This document shows, piece by piece, positions 17,645 through 20,000 of a DNA stretch of 20,000 nt; positions within the stretch are counted from its first letter, which is position 1; each line of letters opens with the position of its first letter. The position numbers and the translations under genes are program-made. Location of the stretch: the IMG/VR virus record IMGVR_UViG_3300043411_001904. One strand, given 5' to 3'. The stretch comes from an uncultured virus (IMG/VR IMGVR_UViG_3300043411_001904) (lineage: Duplodnaviria > Heunggongvirae > Uroviricota > Caudoviricetes). The notes under the pieces are model-generated. The model did no database searches, was not told the origin of the DNA, and worked only from the letters and a program-made list of their open reading frames with translations.

Positions 17645-17666
17645 TATTAATTTCCCATAAAATAGA

Positions 17667-17846
17667 ATGGGAAAAGAAACAGAATTAACAGAATTTAGAA
17701 TAACAACAATAAATGGTACTGTACTATACGAAGGATTTGAAAGGATAATGGCTGTCAAATCCTTCGCTAGAATAGATGCCCAAAATCAATACGAGCGAAG
17801 AGGTAACGATGATTGGAAATGTAAATTTTACAAGCCAATCAAATAA
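17667..17846 (+). CDS. 59-aa hypothetical protein missing from the ORF track
   Basis: MGKETELTEFRITTINGTVLYEGFERIMAVKSFARIDAQNQYERRGNDDWKCKFYKPIK*; fills the gap exactly and has an AAAC-N17-ATAAAA motif upstream. Confidence 0.65.
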   Translation: MGKETELTEFRITTINGTVLYEGFERIMAVKSFARIDAQNQYERRGNDDWKCKFYKPIK

Positions 17847-17848
17847 TT

Positions 17849-18535
17849 TTACGAAAGTAATTCCAACTTACCTCTACTAATATTCTTATAAGACGTCTCT
17901 TTATTTGTCAGATGGTCAATAACAATATCATCCTTTACTCTATAGGTCCTTCTCTTCTGAGATCGACTAGAATTACCGACTTGAGAAAATCTATCGTCAT
18001 AGACAGACTTATCATGCTTTTTCTCTTCAATATTTTTAACTCTCTGATACAATCTATCCCAAGCTATTTCCTCATTTTTACATTGATCTCTTGTGTCTTG
18101 ACACTTAACTTGAATTCCTGATGGTGTGTGAGTTAATTGAACACAAGATGATGTTTTGTTAACATTTTGGCCCCCCTTCCCGGAACTCCGGATACATTTT
18201 CGAATAACTTTTGATCTATCAAATTGAAACTGAAGTTGGTATTCGGGATCAATTACAGCGATTGTAACGATAGATGTCTGTGTTCTACCCCTCTTCTCTG
18301 TAGGTGGAATTCGAATAAACCTATGTCCCCCTCCCTCATTACCGTAATAGGATTTAGACCCCTTACCAATGAATTGAATAGAAGCATACCCATCTCTCCT
18401 CTCAAGTACTTTCGATTCAAAGCTATTTACTCTGGCAGATTTTAGATAGATATTCATCATATCTTCTACTATTAATTTTGAATCCGATCCACCTTCGGAT
18501 GCCCTAATTTCTAGGACTATTGATTCCTTTTTCAT
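17849..18535 (-). CDS. short class I peptide release factor homolog (RF1-like PxT, GGQ; lacks domain 1, PrfH-like size)
   Basis: LEIRASEGG, EGGGHRFIRIPPTEKRGRTQTS, RSSGKGGQNVNKTSSCV.LTH.PSGI.V.CQ..R.Q..N, RS.KRRTY and VIDH. 228 aa. Confidence 0.9.
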   Translation of the reverse strand: MKKESIVLEIRASEGGSDSKLIVEDMMNIYLKSARVNSFESKVLERRDGYASIQFIGKGSKSYYGNEGGGHRFIRIPPTEKRGRTQTSIVTIAVIDPEYQLQFQFDRSKVIRKCIRSSGKGGQNVNKTSSCVQLTHTPSGIQVKCQDTRDQCKNEEIAWDRLYQRVKNIEEKKHDKSVYDDRFSQVGNSSRSQKRRTYRVKDDIVIDHLTNKETSYKNISRGKLELLS

Positions 18536-18592
18536 TTTTATATGTTTATTTTTTGGTTTAAATGCAAAAACTCTCCTACTTGAAGAAGTTCC

Positions 18593-18628
18593 TCAACCAA
18601 AAACAAACATATTTATTGAAATCAACAT
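18593..18628 (-). promoter_or_regulatory. upstream ORF MLISINMFVFG-UGA, in frame with the release factor gene
   Basis: ATG at 18628 and TGA at 18595-18593, then 19 sense codons to the release factor ATG; overlaps the 5' arm of an inverted repeat. Confidence 0.6.
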
Positions 18629-18680
18629 AGTGTAAATATACAAAATTTTATTTAATATATATTAAAAGTTTATTCTATAA

Positions 18681-19343
18681 ATGACGTACAAGGACAACAC
18701 ACCTACATACAATGTCAATCGAAAGGTTGTAAATTTCAAAGACTTTGATCCAAAATCTGAAAAAGAAGAACTAGAAACAATCAAGAAATCATATAAAAAG
18801 AACGAACTTGAAAAAGGACAAAAGGAAAGAAAAACTAAATATAATAAAATTACAAGAAAATTAGATGATCTAGACAAATCAGAAGTCGAAGATAAATTAG
18901 ATTCTTTAAAAGAATCAATAGATCATAGTTCAAATTGGAAAGAATTCAAGGAATTTCTGTATCATATGGATTTTGATTTATATGATGGAGAAAAACAATT
19001 ACATAATAAATTTGTTGAAATATGCAATATGAAATTATCACCTAGTGAAAAATCAGAGAAAATCTGCTCATATATGGAAGATAGTTGGGGATTATATGAT
19101 TCTTATAGAGAAACAAAAGTGTTCTTGGAAAATCTAATTTCAAAGAGCGAATCCGTAAAAGAAAACATACTCCCATTCACCAAGAGAATTAGCTCCCTTA
19201 ATGATAATCAAGAGGGAATACTCGACGGTGCTGTAGAAGAAGAAATAATACTGAAAATCAATGAAATTATAAAGGAAATAAATAGCATTCGAAATCAGAT
19301 TGGTCCAAATTCATCGACTAGTGGCCCAAAAAGAAAATACTAA
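18681..19343 (+). CDS. hypothetical phage protein
   Basis: 220 aa, charged; ATATATA upstream (18655-61). Confidence 0.75.
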   Translation: MTYKDNTPTYNVNRKVVNFKDFDPKSEKEELETIKKSYKKNELEKGQKERKTKYNKITRKLDDLDKSEVEDKLDSLKESIDHSSNWKEFKEFLYHMDFDLYDGEKQLHNKFVEICNMKLSPSEKSEKICSYMEDSWGLYDSYRETKVFLENLISKSESVKENILPFTKRISSLNDNQEGILDGAVEEEIILKINEIIKEINSIRNQIGPNSSTSGPKRKY

Positions 19344-20000
19344 CCCTTCAGTCTCTCATCCAACATCTTAGCTACGTGGGACCCTATCATATAATGAATG
19401 TTATTTATAGTATCAGACTCAAATGTCTTTATCTCATCCATAAACTTAAATTGAAATTTATAAGTGTCTGAATCTTCAGAATCACTAGGTTGATCAATCT
19501 TATGGACTGAAACTTCAATTGTATAGTTATTATTTATATCAATTTCAAAATCAAATGTGACTTTATCACACGGTGATGTTTTAAACTTAGGATCATATTT
19601 AACATCGAAAATGGAATATTCCGTTATTTTAGATCTCCTCATATAGTGATTCAAAAACATAGCCGGAGCAGCAATGAAGTCTGATAAAATCTTAATATCT
19701 TCGCCAAAATTGTTAGTCTCCAATATCTTTTCGATTTTGTCTTTCAGATCTAGTGGACTATCAAAATCCAATTTATGATAAACACAGTTAATATCAAAAA
19801 GATAAATAAAAGATTTGTCTATTATACTTCTCTTCTCTAGATCAGCCTTAAAAATAAATTTCGTGTGAATAATTAAAGCATCCTGAAAGGATAGCCCATG
19901 AATAGAAATAACCAATTTATAAAAATCTTCATCTTCTGATAACTCATAGACGGTATCAACTGACTGAACCAGTCCCTCTTCTTCCTCAAAGATGTCCTTA
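19340..20000 (-). CDS. hypothetical protein, 5'-truncated by the window edge
   Basis: The frame of ORF 19340..19915 (TTG start in the track) stays open to the window end (KDIFEEEEGLVQSVDTVYELSEDEDFYKL...). Confidence 0.8.
   Translation of the reverse strand, partial: KDIFEEEEGLVQSVDTVYELSEDEDFYKLVISIHGLSFQDALIIHTKFIFKADLEKRSIIDKSFIYLFDINCVYHKLDFDSPLDLKDKIEKILETNNFGEDIKILSDFIAAPAMFLNHYMRRSKITEYSIFDVKYDPKFKTSPCDKVTFDFEIDINNNYTIEVSVHKIDQPSDSEDSDTYKFQFKFMDEIKTFESDTINNIHYMIGSHVAKMLDERLKG

Noticed and set aside
640..18877. Numerous antisense or nested ORFs in the track (e.g. 640-1080, 4010-4375, 6594-6905, 13642-14043)
   Set aside because: They are shadows of well-supported genes, with no motifs and antisense-typical composition.
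1..20000. Stop-codon reassignment suggested by the phage release factor
   Set aside because: Conserved genes are intact under code 11, and TAA, TAG and TGA all end genes at plausible positions.

Overview
An AT-rich, densely coding window that looks like part of a T4-like or jumbo bacteriophage genome. The host is probably Bacteroidota, based on TTTG-N19-TAnnTTTG promoters and the lack of Shine-Dalgarno motifs. The left part is replication and nucleotide metabolism: a gp41/DnaB-type helicase and class Ia ribonucleotide reductase nrdA and nrdB arranged convergently, with a free-standing GIY-YIG/NUMOD3 endonuclease between them. The stretch from about 9.4 to 18.6 kb is enriched for RNA and ribosome quality-control functions. 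It holds two tandem structured RNA elements and a terminator in front of a Ro60/TROVE gene, a Pol-beta-type nucleotidyltransferase, a stand-alone NFACT-R protein, an M28/M20-type peptidase, a tmRNA with an unusually long tag, NADAR, a vWA protein, and a short GGQ release factor. The two most interesting signals are the Ro60-associated tandem RNA motif with a possible terminator/antiterminator switch, and a UGA-ending uORF plus hairpin that could act as a termination-sensing attenuator for the release factor gene. All calls are by eye from motifs; no searches or folding programs were run.
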